Source of the DNA: an uncultured Eubacteriales bacterium
Lineage (GTDB): Bacteria > Bacillota > Clostridia > Oscillospirales > UBA644
Length of the DNA stretch: 64,000 bases
Reading direction: 5' to 3'
Assembly: GCA_934454405.1 (NCBI GenBank)
Contig: CAKSFN010000006.1
Span: 10,503 to 74,502 of the forward strand
A model generated the notes under the pieces. It saw only the letters and a program-made list of their open reading frames with translations, did no database searches and was not told where the DNA came from. Positions 27,408-37,515 of the stretch are shown here, piece by piece (the stretch's first letter is position 1; the number at the start of each line of letters is the position of its first letter). The position numbers and the translations under genes are program-made.

Positions 27408-27459
27408 CCGCCTCTCAACTCTCGCATCGGCACGTCGCGCCGTCCGGGGTTTCGCGGAA
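27408..27459. repeat. 52-bp GC-rich repeat, copy 3 of 3
   Basis: CTCAACTCTCGCATCGGCACGTCGCGCCGTCCGGGGTTTCGCGGAA. Confidence 0.7.
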
Positions 27460-27556
27460 AGCCGTATCATATATCACTTTTTATGGGCTGTCAAATCAAC
27501 AAAATTCTGTTTTTTGCTTATTTTTGAAGCATAAACCCTGTTTGGTTCTTGGTTTT

Positions 27557-27612
27557 CCGTTTTGCCTCCCGGGGCGCTGCCGAGCGGAGAGCAAAACGGC
27601 GGCGAAGCCGTT
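27557..27612. repeat. Structured ~55-bp repeat, copy 2 of 2
   Basis: Same CCGTTTTGC/GCAAAACGG closing stem and ACGGC/GCCGT hairpin as 15634-15688. Confidence 0.7.
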
Positions 27613-27682
27613 GTCCGAAAGGGCATTCGCGCGGAGAAATTCGACCTTTCGCGAAGCCCTGCCGCCCGCGAATCGCTGACCG

Positions 27683-28282
27683 TTATTTTTCGTCCAGATT
27701 TTTCAAAAAAGACAGCCTGTAAATCGGCGCGATGCCGTGCTTTTTAAGCAGCTCGTAATGCTCTTTCGTAGGGTAGCCCTTGTGCTTTTCAAGCGCGTAC
27801 TGCGGGTATTCCTCCGCGAGTTTTTTCATCAGCCGATCTCTGTAAACCTTTGCCACGACCGAAGCGGACGCTATCGACGCGCTTTTTGCGTCGCCGCCCA
27901 CGACGGTCTCGCACGGCACGGGTATATTGCGCGCCCTGTTGCCGTCGATAAGCGCAAAATCGGGCTTGACGGAAAGATTTTCGATCGCCCTGCGCATCGC
28001 CAGAAACGAGGCGTTGAGTATGTTTATTTCGTCTATCTCCGCAGGAGACGCCACTCCTATCCCGACCGCGACCGCGTTTTCGAGAATGACGGGATACAGC
28101 TTTTCACGCTTCTTTTCGGAAAGCTTTTTCGAGTCGTTTATTCCCTCCGGCACAAAGTCCTCGGGCAGTATCACCGCCGCCGCCGCGACGGGTCCGCACA
28201 GCGGTCCTCTGCCCACTTCGTCAACGCCGCACACAAGCGCCCCGTATTTGGCGTAATATTCCCTGTCAAACGAGTTATCCAT
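27683..28282 (-). CDS. rnhB: Ribonuclease HII
   Basis: GVDEVGRGPLCGPVAAAAV, plus the typical length and layout. Confidence 0.9.
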   Translation of the reverse strand: MDNSFDREYYAKYGALVCGVDEVGRGPLCGPVAAAAVILPEDFVPEGINDSKKLSEKKREKLYPVILENAVAVGIGVASPAEIDEINILNASFLAMRRAIENLSVKPDFALIDGNRARNIPVPCETVVGGDAKSASIASASVVAKVYRDRLMKKLAEEYPQYALEKHKGYPTKEHYELLKKHGIAPIYRLSFLKNLDEK

Positions 28283-29210
28283 GCAGTTTTTTCCTCCGGA
28301 TTTCGGGCAGCTGCGTCAGCACGACCGCCGCAAAAATAAGCGCGCAGCCGATATATTCTCTCGGTGTGAGGCTTTTTTTCAATATTATCGCGCTCGTAAC
28401 CGCGCCGAACACCGATTCAAGGCTCAGCAGCAGCGAAACAATTGCGGGATTCGCGCCCTTCTGCGAAACTATCTGCAGCGTGTAGCCTATGCCGGACGAG
28501 AGTATGCCGAGATAAATCAGGGGCAGCCACGCCTCCGTGATCTCTCCGAGCGACGGCGACTCGAAAACAAACATCGTCGCGCCCGAAAGCACCGTGCAGA
28601 CCGCAAACTGCGCGCAGGAAAGCTTGACGCCGGGCACGTCGTGCGTGAATTTGTCGATAACGAGAATGTGAACCGCGAAGCACACCGCGCTGATGAATAT
28701 CAGCAGGTCGCAGGTTTCGAGCGTAAAATCCTTTTTGATGCAGAGCAGGTAAAAGCCGACGACGGCGATCACAAGACTTATCCACACCTTGACGGGCATT
28801 TTTTTCTTAAAAAACAGTCCGAACAGCGGCACGAGGATCATATAAAGCGCCGTTATAAACGCGCTTTTCCCCGAATCCGCGCCCTGCGAAAAACCGAGCT
28901 GCTGGAACGACTGCGCAACGAAAAGCACGGTTCCGCAGACGAGACCTCCGAGCAGGAGAAGTTTTCGTTCTCTCTTTTTTTCGTCCTCCGTTTTCGCCTG
29001 ACCGCCGCTGCGCTTTTTTCGCGTCGCGAAGTTGTATATTCCCGTTAAAAGAAGCAGGAAAAGAAAAGAAAGAAGCGAGCGGACGGTGTTTATCGTGAAC
29101 GCCTGCGCGTGCCTTGCCGCCGTTTCCTGCGCGACGAAAGCCGTTCCCCAGATAACGGCTGCCAGAAGCGGCAGGACGTTGTGTCTGATTTTGTCAAGAG
29201 TTTTGTTCAT
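28275..29210 (-). CDS. DMT (EamA) family transporter
   Basis: 311 aa with about 10 TM helices and duplicated EamA-like halves. Confidence 0.8.
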   Translation of the reverse strand: MNKTLDKIRHNVLPLLAAVIWGTAFVAQETAARHAQAFTINTVRSLLSFLFLLLLTGIYNFATRKKRSGGQAKTEDEKKRERKLLLLGGLVCGTVLFVAQSFQQLGFSQGADSGKSAFITALYMILVPLFGLFFKKKMPVKVWISLVIAVVGFYLLCIKKDFTLETCDLLIFISAVCFAVHILVIDKFTHDVPGVKLSCAQFAVCTVLSGATMFVFESPSLGEITEAWLPLIYLGILSSGIGYTLQIVSQKGANPAIVSLLLSLESVFGAVTSAIILKKSLTPREYIGCALIFAAVVLTQLPEIRRKKLHG

Positions 29211-29542
29211 GTCTGAAATGTCTTTCGGTCGGAAAAGTCGTTGCTTCGCGCGTCGAAAGGCGGAAACAGGGGACTTTAGAAACCCTGCTCGTCGGCGGAC
29301 GACCTCCGTCCGTCTTCGGCTGAATGCCTTTGTCAGCCCAACCTTCGCGAAAGCGGAAAAACCGCTTCGCGCTTACGCGCTCGATGAATATATTAACATA
29401 TTTAAGTCAATTATTCAATATTGTTCGGAAAAAGTTTGAAAATATCCGCTCCGCGACAGCCGAAAAACGCTTTCCTCTCCGCTTTGCTTTGCCGTCTTTG
29501 CCGTCGTATGGAAATTTTTTATAACATCTTTTATATTCTGCC

Positions 29543-29570
29543 TTGACAACAAGCCTATATATGATATAAT
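29543..29570 (+). promoter_or_regulatory. Sigma-A type promoter of the yicC operon
   Basis: TTGACA-16 nt-TATAAT with TGn extension. Confidence 0.6.
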
Positions 29571-29640
29571 ATATAGTAAAATATTATGCGCGTCAGGCGC
29601 GCGGGATTTGAAAAATCCGCTCCCGAAAGGAAAAGAGAAT

Positions 29641-30519
29641 ATGATAAAAAGCATGACCGGTTACGGCAAGGCTCGAACCGTGACGGACGGAACGGACGTG
29701 ACCGTTGAGATAAAAAGCGTCAACCACAGATATTTTGAAATGTTTGCGCGTATTCCCCGCGCATATATGCAGATAGAGGATATGATACGTTCGTATTTGC
29801 AGACGCGCGTCGTTCGCGGCAAAATCGAGGTAAACGTATCCATCGCCGACAACGGCGCCTCCGTTTCGTCCGTCAAGGTGAACAAGCCGCTTTTCGAAGC
29901 ATATTACGCGGCGCTGAAAGACGTTTCGGAAACGTATTCGCTCCCGTTCGACGCCGGCGCTTCCGTTGCGCTGCGTTTTCCCGACGTGATAGCCGCCGAA
30001 AAGGAGGACGCGGACATAAAAGCCGTCTGGGCTTCCGTTTTTCCCGCGCTCGAAGAGGCGACCGATGCGTTTATCGCCCAGCGTGAGGCCGAGGGCGGCC
30101 GTCTTTCGGATGATATACAGGCAAAATGCGCCGAAATCAAGGAGAACGTCGATTTTATAGCGAGCCGTTCCGCGCAGTTGACGGGCGAATATGAGAAAAA
30201 GCTCCGCGCGAGGATAGAAGAACTGCTCGGCGACGTCAAGGTGGACGAACAGCGGCTTTTGACCGAGGTCGCGATAATGGCGGACAGGATAGCGATAGAC
30301 GAAGAGCTTGTCCGGCTGAACAGCCATTGCAAAACGCTTGCCGATATGTTCGCGGAGGGCGTTTCAAACGGCAAAAAAATGGATTTCTTCATACAGGAGA
30401 TGAACCGCGAGGCGAACACGATATCGTCAAAGATAGGCGACCTTGAAGTCACCGCCCGCGTCATTGAGATAAAAACGTGCATCGAAAAGATTCGCGAACA
30501 GATACAGAACGTTGAATAG
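29641..30519 (+). CDS. yicC: YicC/YloC family stress-induced protein
   Basis: MIKSMTGYGKA N-terminus and a conserved C-terminal EMNREANTI.SK motif. Confidence 0.88.
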   Translation: MIKSMTGYGKARTVTDGTDVTVEIKSVNHRYFEMFARIPRAYMQIEDMIRSYLQTRVVRGKIEVNVSIADNGASVSSVKVNKPLFEAYYAALKDVSETYSLPFDAGASVALRFPDVIAAEKEDADIKAVWASVFPALEEATDAFIAQREAEGGRLSDDIQAKCAEIKENVDFIASRSAQLTGEYEKKLRARIEELLGDVKVDEQRLLTEVAIMADRIAIDEELVRLNSHCKTLADMFAEGVSNGKKMDFFIQEMNREANTISSKIGDLEVTARVIEIKTCIEKIREQIQNVE

Positions 30520-30537
30520 GGAGGGAACGGAAGAGAT

Positions 30538-30807
30538 ATGAAGCTTATCAACATCGGTTTCGGCAATGTTGTCGCCGCGGGCAGGATAGTTGCGATAGTC
30601 AGTCCCGATTCGTCGCCGATAAAGCGTATTATTCAGGACGCGAAGGAAAAATCAACGCTGATAGACGCGACCTACGGCAGACGGACGCGCGCCGTTATCA
30701 TCACGGACAGCGAGCATGTTATTCTGAGCGCCGTTCAGCCCGAGACCGTTGCCGCGAGAGCGGAGCCCGACACCGAGATCGAAGAGGAAAACGAAGATGA
30801 CGAATAA
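30538..30807 (+). CDS. remA: RemA/DUF370 extracellular-matrix regulator
   Basis: [27 protein letters not shown]....[30 protein letters not shown], nearly identical in pattern to B. subtilis RemA. Confidence 0.92.
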   Translation: MKLINIGFGNVVAAGRIVAIVSPDSSPIKRIIQDAKEKSTLIDATYGRRTRAVIITDSEHVILSAVQPETVAARAEPDTEIEEENEDDE

Positions 30808-31372
30808 TCACAGAACAGGTGCCGTATTTGTTGTTTCCGGTCCGTCCGGCGTCGGAAAGGACACGGTTTTGAAAGCGCTTATGCCGCGTCTGGGCGACCG
30901 TGCCGTTATGTCCGTTTCAAACACGACGCGTCCGCCGCGCAAGGGCGAGGTCAACGGCGTCGATTACAATTTTATCAGCGAGGCTGAGTTTCGCCGCGCG
31001 ATAGCCGAGGGCAGAATGCTTGAATATACCGAATACTGCTCCGTGCTTTACGGCACGCCGCTCGACCCGATAAAAAAATGGGTGAGCGAGGGCAAGGCGG
31101 TCATACTCAAAATCGAACGCGAGGGCATGCTCAATGTTCGCCGCCGTATGCCCGAAGCGATAACCGTTTTCATCGCTCCGCCGAATGAGGAGGAACTTGA
31201 AAAGCGGATTCGCGGCAGACGGTCGGACACATCGGCTGCGATAGAAAAGCGGCTTGAACGCGCGCGTTATGAGATAAAAATGAGCGGCGACTATGATCAT
31301 CGTATCATCAACGACGGGGTCGAGGACGCCGTCGGCGAGCTTGAAAAATTAATTCTGAAATATATAGGATAG
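30797..31372 (+). CDS. gmk: Guanylate kinase
   Basis: P-loop GPSGVGKDT and TTRPPR.GE.NG.DY.F. Confidence 0.92.
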   Translation: MTNNHRTGAVFVVSGPSGVGKDTVLKALMPRLGDRAVMSVSNTTRPPRKGEVNGVDYNFISEAEFRRAIAEGRMLEYTEYCSVLYGTPLDPIKKWVSEGKAVILKIEREGMLNVRRRMPEAITVFIAPPNEEELEKRIRGRRSDTSAAIEKRLERARYEIKMSGDYDHRIINDGVEDAVGELEKLILKYIG

Positions 31373-31382
31373 GTGTTTTATT

Positions 31383-31598
31383 ATGTTATACCCCAGCTTG
31401 AATCAGCTTTTGAAGATCAACAAACACGGAGTTGCGGACAGAAGACAGTGCCGCTATTCGCTCGTTATCGCCGTTGCGAAGCACGCGCGCGATATCTCCG
31501 AAAAGGCGGAAGCCGCGGATATTCGTCTCGAAGACCGCTCCGTTTCTCTTGCCGTTAAGGATTTCGAGGACGGAAAAGCCTACTTCGAGGAAGTCTGA
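31383..31598 (+). CDS. rpoZ: RNA polymerase omega subunit
   Basis: 71 aa, with RYSLVIAVAKHARDI, in the gmk-rpoZ context. Confidence 0.88.
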   Translation: MLYPSLNQLLKINKHGVADRRQCRYSLVIAVAKHARDISEKAEAADIRLEDRSVSLAVKDFEDGKAYFEEV

Positions 31599-31612
31599 GC
31601 GGTAAGCCTGCC

Positions 31613-34057
31613 GTGACCCCGGAAAAAAGCGTCCGCGTTTATATCGAGGGCGTTCCGTTTCAAGCGGATAAACAGTACGAATATCTGCTGCCCGCGGCGC
31701 TTGAAGAAGTTGTCTGCGTCGGCAGTCTTGTGCGGTGTCCGTTCGGCAGAGGCAGCCGCGCCGTCCGCGCGGTCGTTGTCGATATCCGCGAGCCTTCGGG
31801 GGACGCGAAGCTGAAAGAGATCGAGGACGTTTTTTCCGAGGCGCCCGTTCTCGACGAAAAGGGACTGCGCCTTTGCGCATTTATGAAGGAGCGGTATTTC
31901 TGCCCGTTTTTCGAGGCGGCAAAAACGGTTATGGCGCCCGGCACAGTCGGCGGCTTTGACAGGTTTATCCGTATGGACGCGCCTGTTTCCGACGATGAGA
32001 TACGCGGGTTTTTCGAGGCGAACAAAAACGTCGTTTCGCGCAAAAACCTTGCCGAACGGCTCGGAAAAGAAAAATACGCAAAGGTTCTGCGCCTGATAAA
32101 AAGGGGAGAGCTTGTCGAGACCCTCGAAAAAAAATCTACCGTCGCGGACAGCGTTTCCCGCTGCGTTCGTGTTCTGCCGGGAGCGGCGGATTATGTCCGC
32201 CGGGAGCGTCGCAAAAACACGACCGCCGTGCAAAAACGGCTCTCCGTTCTCGATTATCTTCTCGAAAACGGCGAGGCAAGCGTCAAAGACGTCCTCTATA
32301 TGACGGGCGTTTCCGCGAGTGTGCTTAAAACGCTTGAAAAATACGGTGTTCTGGAATTTTTTGAAAAAGAGACCCCGCGCAATCCGCTCAAAAACAAAGA
32401 GAGGGGGCAAAGCCCCGAGCCGCGCGCGCTGAACGCGGAGCAGCAAAAAGCGTTTGGCGAGATCTCGAAAAATCTCGGCAGCGGCGGCGCACATCTGCTT
32501 TACGGCGTCACGGGCAGCGGCAAAACGCACGTTTTCACCGCGCTTGCGGACGAGGTTCTTGCCCGCGGCAAGTCGGTTTTGCTTCTTTTGCCCGAAATAT
32601 CGCTGACGCTTCAGATAATCGACCGTCTTATAAACCGCTACGGCGACCTGCTTGCGGTTCTGCACAGCGGCCTTTCCGTCGGCGAGCGCTACGACGAATA
32701 CAAGCGCATACGCGCGGGCGACGCCCGTTTCGTCGTCGGCACACGCAGCGCCGTTTTCGCGCCTGTCGAAAATCTCGGGCTTGTGATAGTGGACGAGGAG
32801 CAGGAACACACTTATAAATCCGAAAAATCGCCCCGTTACGACGCAAAAGCCGTCGCAGGCTACCGCGTCGCGGAAGAAAAGGCGCTTTTGCTCGTCGCTT
32901 CCGCAACGCCGTCCTTTGAAAGCTTTTACAAGGCAAAAAAGGGCAGAATAGGCTTTTCCGTTCTGCGCGAAAGATACAACGGCGAGCCTCTTCCCAAGGT
33001 GCTTGTGGACGATATGTCGCGCGAGCTTGCGGAGGGCGGACGCAACATCATCGGCTCCGTGCTTGCCGCGGAGATCGCGAAAAACGCCGAAAAACACGAG
33101 CAGACCATTCTTTTTATGAACCGCAGAGGGTATAACTCCTTTGTTCAATGCCCGAAATGCAAGTATGTTTTCACCTGCAAAAGCTGCGGAATCCCGATGA
33201 CCTATCACGCCGCGAACGACCGCCTTGTCTGCCATTACTGCGGCGAAAGCCGTCCCGCCGCCACGGTTTGCCCCGTCTGCGGCTCAAAAACTCTCAAATA
33301 TTCCGGTTACGGCACCCAGCGCGCCGAACGTGAGATAAAAGCGCTTTTCCCCGAGCTTCGCGTATTGCGTATGGACGCGGACACCGTCGGCGGCAAAAAC
33401 AGCCGCGACGAGATTCTTTCGGCGTTCGCCCGCCGCGAATACGACGTGCTGCTCGGCACGCAAATGATAACGAAAGGGCTTGATTTCCCCGATGTAACGC
33501 TCGTCGGCGTTCTTTCGGCGGACTCCATGCTCTATTCCTCCGACTTCCGCGCTTACGAAAAAACATTTTCGCTCCTGACGCAGGTCGTCGGCAGGGCGGG
33601 CCGCGCCGACAAGCAGGGCAGAGCCGTCATTCAGACTTTTTCCCCGACGCATCTCGTGCTTGAACACGCGATAAAACAGGATTACGAGGGCTTTTTTGAG
33701 GAAGAAACCGCGCTCCGAAAACTGCTTGTCTATCCGCCTTTCTGCGACGTTTGCCAATGCGTTTTCACCGCAGACTCCCTTTCGCGCGCCTTTGAAGCTG
33801 CGGAGATGTTCCTCCGCCGCGTCGAGGACGAATTGAAGCGCGAGGAGTTCGCAAAGCTTCCCCTGACGGTGATCCGCGCCCGTCAGACCGCCGTGCCCAT
33901 GGTCGGGGGACGGGACAGGGTTCGAATCCTCGTCAAATGCCGCGACGACGCAAAGACGCGCCGCCTGCTCCGCGAAGTCTATCTCGGAATGCTGACGGAC
34001 AAAAATGCGCGCGACATCACCGTCGGCATCGATATGAACCCGACGAGCATCGTTTAG
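31613..34057 (+). CDS. priA: Primosomal protein N' (PriA helicase)
   Basis: GVTGSGKT, DEEQEH and a Cys-rich zinc region (CPKC...C..CG...CHYCG...CPVCGS). GTG start. Confidence 0.92.
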   Translation: MTPEKSVRVYIEGVPFQADKQYEYLLPAALEEVVCVGSLVRCPFGRGSRAVRAVVVDIREPSGDAKLKEIEDVFSEAPVLDEKGLRLCAFMKERYFCPFFEAAKTVMAPGTVGGFDRFIRMDAPVSDDEIRGFFEANKNVVSRKNLAERLGKEKYAKVLRLIKRGELVETLEKKSTVADSVSRCVRVLPGAADYVRRERRKNTTAVQKRLSVLDYLLENGEASVKDVLYMTGVSASVLKTLEKYGVLEFFEKETPRNPLKNKERGQSPEPRALNAEQQKAFGEISKNLGSGGAHLLYGVTGSGKTHVFTALADEVLARGKSVLLLLPEISLTLQIIDRLINRYGDLLAVLHSGLSVGERYDEYKRIRAGDARFVVGTRSAVFAPVENLGLVIVDEEQEHTYKSEKSPRYDAKAVAGYRVAEEKALLLVASATPSFESFYKAKKGRIGFSVLRERYNGEPLPKVLVDDMSRELAEGGRNIIGSVLAAEIAKNAEKHEQTILFMNRRGYNSFVQCPKCKYVFTCKSCGIPMTYHAANDRLVCHYCGESRPAATVCPVCGSKTLKYSGYGTQRAEREIKALFPELRVLRMDADTVGGKNSRDEILSAFARREYDVLLGTQMITKGLDFPDVTLVGVLSADSMLYSSDFRAYEKTFSLLTQVVGRAGRADKQGRAVIQTFSPTHLVLEHAIKQDYEGFFEEETALRKLLVYPPFCDVCQCVFTADSLSRAFEAAEMFLRRVEDELKREEFAKLPLTVIRARQTAVPMVGGRDRVRILVKCRDDAKTRRLLREVYLGMLTDKNARDITVGIDMNPTSIV

Positions 34058-34144
34058 CGTTCGCGCTGCGAAGCAGGGAACGATTGAATTGTTCTGCGGC
34101 TTTTTTATTTGAAATATAACGACAATCCGAAAGAGGTTATAAAT

Positions 34145-34609
34145 ATGGCGATCCGAAACATAGTAAAAGAGGGAGACGAGCGTCTTGCGAAGGTGTGCCG
34201 CCCCGTCGAAAAGTTTGACAGGCATCTTGAAGAGCTTGTTCACGATATGAAGGACACGTTAAAGCTTTCAGAGGGGCTCGGTCTTGCCGCTCCGCAGGTC
34301 GGCATTCTGCGCCGAGTTGTCATCGTTGTTGACGACAACGGCAAGATGTTTGAGCTTATCAACCCCGAAATCGTCGAAGCCGTCGGCGAGCAGGAGGCTC
34401 AAGAGGGCTGCCTTTCCGTTCCGGGCGTTTTCGGCGTCACGCGCCGCCCCGCGAGGGTGACCGTCCGCGCCAAAAACGTAAAGGGAGAGGACGTGCGGTA
34501 CACGCGCGAGGGCATAACCGCCGTTTGCTTCTGCCATGAGCTTGACCACCTTGACGGAATACTTTTCAGAACTCACGTCGAGCATTATCTCGACCCCGAC
34601 GAGGATTGA
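34145..34609 (+). CDS. def: Peptide deformylase
   Basis: GLGLAAPQVG, EGCLSVPG and HELDHLDG motifs. Start at MAIRNIV, after AAGAGG. Confidence 0.93.
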   Translation: MAIRNIVKEGDERLAKVCRPVEKFDRHLEELVHDMKDTLKLSEGLGLAAPQVGILRRVVIVVDDNGKMFELINPEIVEAVGEQEAQEGCLSVPGVFGVTRRPARVTVRAKNVKGEDVRYTREGITAVCFCHELDHLDGILFRTHVEHYLDPDED

Positions 34610-34627
34610 CGAAAGGAAACCGAAAAT

Positions 34628-35539
34628 ATGCGCATACTTTTTATGGGAACTTCGGATTTTGCCGTTGCGAGCCTTGACGCGCTTGTCAAAGCCGGCAGAA
34701 CCCCCGTCGCCGTTATCACACAGCCCGATAAGCCGAAAGGCAGAGGGTATACACTGACCCCGACGCCCGTGGGCGCGAGAGCCGCGGCGCTCGGCATTCC
34801 CGTTTATAAGCCGACCACGCTGAAAAACGGCGCGATAACCGATTTGCTTTCGGAGATAGACCCCGAACTGAACGTCGTTGTCGCTTACGGAAAAATTCTT
34901 CCGGCGTATGTTCTCGATTATCCGGGGCTCGGCAGCGTCAATGTTCACGGCTCGCTGCTTCCGATGTACCGCGGCGCCGCCCCGATAAACAAAGTTCTTA
35001 TGGACGGCTGCGAAAAGACGGGCGTTACCACGATGTATATGGACACGGGACTTGACACCGGCGATATGATATTCAAAGCGGAAACGGCGATAACGGAGGA
35101 CGACGACTTCGGCACTTTGCACGACCGCTGCGCCGCTCTGGGCGCGGAACTGCTTGTCAAAACCGTTGACGCGATAGAAAAGGGAACCGCTCCGCGCATA
35201 CCGCAGGAGGGGCAGACCTGCTATTCCCCGATGATAGACAACGAAACGCGCCGTCTTGATATGAATATGTCCGCGCGCGATTTTGTCAACCGCGTCCGCG
35301 GATTAAGCCCTGCACCGTGCGCTTTCTGCACTCTTGACGGAAAAAATCTCAAAGTTTACGGCGCGCGCCTTGAACAGGGTTCGTCCGACGCCGAGCCGGG
35401 AACGGTCGTTGACGGCAAACGCTTTGTCGTCAGGGTCGGCGACGGGCTTGTGCGTCTCACGGATATTCAACTCGAAGGCAAAAAACGTATGTCCGCCGAG
35501 GACTTCTGCCGCGGCAGAAAGCCGGAAACGCTTTCGTAA
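34628..35539 (+). CDS. fmt: Methionyl-tRNA formyltransferase
   Basis: MRILFMGT.DFA, NVHGSLLP.YRGAAPI. Confidence 0.93.
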   Translation: MRILFMGTSDFAVASLDALVKAGRTPVAVITQPDKPKGRGYTLTPTPVGARAAALGIPVYKPTTLKNGAITDLLSEIDPELNVVVAYGKILPAYVLDYPGLGSVNVHGSLLPMYRGAAPINKVLMDGCEKTGVTTMYMDTGLDTGDMIFKAETAITEDDDFGTLHDRCAALGAELLVKTVDAIEKGTAPRIPQEGQTCYSPMIDNETRRLDMNMSARDFVNRVRGLSPAPCAFCTLDGKNLKVYGARLEQGSSDAEPGTVVDGKRFVVRVGDGLVRLTDIQLEGKKRMSAEDFCRGRKPETLS

Positions 35540-35640
35540 CGGCGGCAGGCGGCAGGTGAAGACCGAGCCGCGCGCAAAAGACGCTTTCTCGGGTATCAAT
35601 TTCTGATAACGGCTCTGCCGTTTAATAAGGAGATATTAAA

Positions 35641-36333
35641 ATGCCTCTTTTCTTTTATGATTATTGGTATGTTATTCTGGTTGTTCCGATGATAATATTC
35701 TCACTTATCATGAACGCGAACGTCAAGGGAACATACTCCAAATACAAAACCGTCCGCAACCGCAGCGGCATAACAGGCGGAGAAGCCGCCCGCCGTATTC
35801 TGCTTGAAAACGGGATAACCGATGTCCGAATAGAAGTATGCGGCGGAGAACTGACGGATCATTATAACCCGCGCACGAACGTGGTGTCCCTGTCCGCCGA
35901 CGTTTTTAACTCAACGTCCGTCGCCGCAGTCGGCATTGCCGCGCACGAGGTCGGGCACGTCTGCCAGCATTATTCGGACTATGCTCCGATAAAGATAAGA
36001 AACGCCGTGCTTCCCGTTGCGAATATCGGCTCGTCGCTCTCGATTCCGCTTATTATAATCGGTATCTTTTTGAGTTTCAAACCGCTTGTCATGGCAGGCG
36101 TTATCGCGTTTGCCGCCGTCGTTCTTTTCCAGCTTGTCACGCTCCCGGTCGAATTTAACGCGTCGTCCCGTGCGATGAAATCGCTCGTTTCCTGCGGCAT
36201 ACTTTCGGCGGACGAAACCTCCGGCACGCGCAAGGTGCTTTCCGCTGCCGCGATGACATACGTCGCCGCCCTTGCCCTTTCTCTGGCGCAGCTGCTGCGT
36301 CTTATTCTGATAGCAAGAAACAACAGGGATTGA
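35641..36333 (+). CDS. YugP-like membrane zinc metallopeptidase (Zn_peptidase_2)
   Basis: HEVGH motif flanked by TM helices, 230 aa. Confidence 0.75.
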   Translation: MPLFFYDYWYVILVVPMIIFSLIMNANVKGTYSKYKTVRNRSGITGGEAARRILLENGITDVRIEVCGGELTDHYNPRTNVVSLSADVFNSTSVAAVGIAAHEVGHVCQHYSDYAPIKIRNAVLPVANIGSSLSIPLIIIGIFLSFKPLVMAGVIAFAAVVLFQLVTLPVEFNASSRAMKSLVSCGILSADETSGTRKVLSAAAMTYVAALALSLAQLLRLILIARNNRD

Positions 36334-36430
36334 GCGCTTTAACGGTAAATATACAAACTCTGTCCGACGCAGGTGTATGCGCTCGGCGCAGAGTAAAGAA
36401 AACACATTAACAAATCTTTTTATTACGGAT

Positions 36431-37474
36431 ATGACAGACATTTCATCATTGACATTTTCCGATCTCGAAGCGTATATCAGGTCCCTCGGCGAACCTGCGT
36501 TCCGCGCAAAGCAGATATACGCGTGGCTGAGCCGCGGCGTTATGACGTTTGACGGTATGACGGATCTTTCAAAGCCGCTTCGCGAAAAACTGCGAGAGAA
36601 CTGCACCCTTGCCGCGCTGGAGCTGCGCCGCCGTCTCGTTGACCCCGAGGACGGCACGACAAAATATCTTTTTGCTCTCTCCGACGGGCTTCTTATCGAA
36701 ACCGTCGTTATGAAATACAGACACGGCAACAGCGTCTGCATCTCTTCGCAGGCGGGCTGCCGTATGGGCTGCCGCTTTTGCGCAAGCACGCTTTTGGGCA
36801 GGGAGCGCGATCTGACGGCGGGTGAAATGCTTGCGCAGGTCGCTTTCGCAAACGCGGACACGGGTGTGACCAATGTTGTTGTGATGGGTGTCGGCGAACC
36901 GCTGGATAATTTTGACAATCTCTGCGTTTTTCTCGAAAATCTGCACGATCCGCGAGGGCTGAACATCAGCCACCGCCATGTTTCCGTGTCCACCTGCGGC
37001 ATCGTTCCCAAAATCTACGAGCTTGCCGAAAAACGCTTGCAGATAACGCTTTCCGTGTCCCTGCACGCGCCGGACGACGAAACGCGTTCGCGGATAATGC
37101 CGATAAATTCCGCTTATAACATTGAAACTCTGATGAAAGCCTGCGACGCTTATGTCGCGGCAACGAATCGCCGGATCTCTTATGAATATACTCTTATAAA
37201 GGGCGTGAACGACTCCGCCTGCCACGCGCGCCGTCTTGCGTCGCTTATGAAGGGCAGGCTTGCCCACGTCAACCTCATTCCCGTCAATTACGTTTCCGAG
37301 CGCGGACTTATTCCGTCGGACAGAAAAACGGTTGACGAGTTTTGCGAAATACTTCTCGAACGGGGCGTAAATGCCACCAAGCGCCGAACTCTCGGCGACG
37401 GGATTAACGCGGCTTGCGGTCAGCTCCGTCTTGCCGAGGAAAAGGCAAAAGGTAAAGAACAAACATTAAAATAA
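36431..37474 (+). CDS. rlmN: 23S rRNA/tRNA A2503 methyltransferase RlmN (radical SAM)
   Basis: EPAFRAKQIYAWL and a radical-SAM CRMGCRFC motif. Start chosen at MTDISSL; the RBS is weak. Confidence 0.88.
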   Translation: MTDISSLTFSDLEAYIRSLGEPAFRAKQIYAWLSRGVMTFDGMTDLSKPLREKLRENCTLAALELRRRLVDPEDGTTKYLFALSDGLLIETVVMKYRHGNSVCISSQAGCRMGCRFCASTLLGRERDLTAGEMLAQVAFANADTGVTNVVVMGVGEPLDNFDNLCVFLENLHDPRGLNISHRHVSVSTCGIVPKIYELAEKRLQITLSVSLHAPDDETRSRIMPINSAYNIETLMKACDAYVAATNRRISYEYTLIKGVNDSACHARRLASLMKGRLAHVNLIPVNYVSERGLIPSDRKTVDEFCEILLERGVNATKRRTLGDGINAACGQLRLAEEKAKGKEQTLK

Positions 37475-37515
37475 ACATTTTCAAATAAACCAAACACCGG
37501 GGAGGTGTCACAGGC

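Noticed and set aside
27100-27540. Riboswitch or T-box in the long leaders (27100-27540 upstream of the COG2426 gene, 29211-29640 upstream of yicC, 51900-52112 upstream of etfB)
   Set aside because: I could not recognise any conserved riboswitch core (TPP, SAM, FMN, c-di-GMP, T-box specifier or antiterminator). The first leader is explained by the 52-bp repeats. A cmscan against Rfam would be the decisive test.
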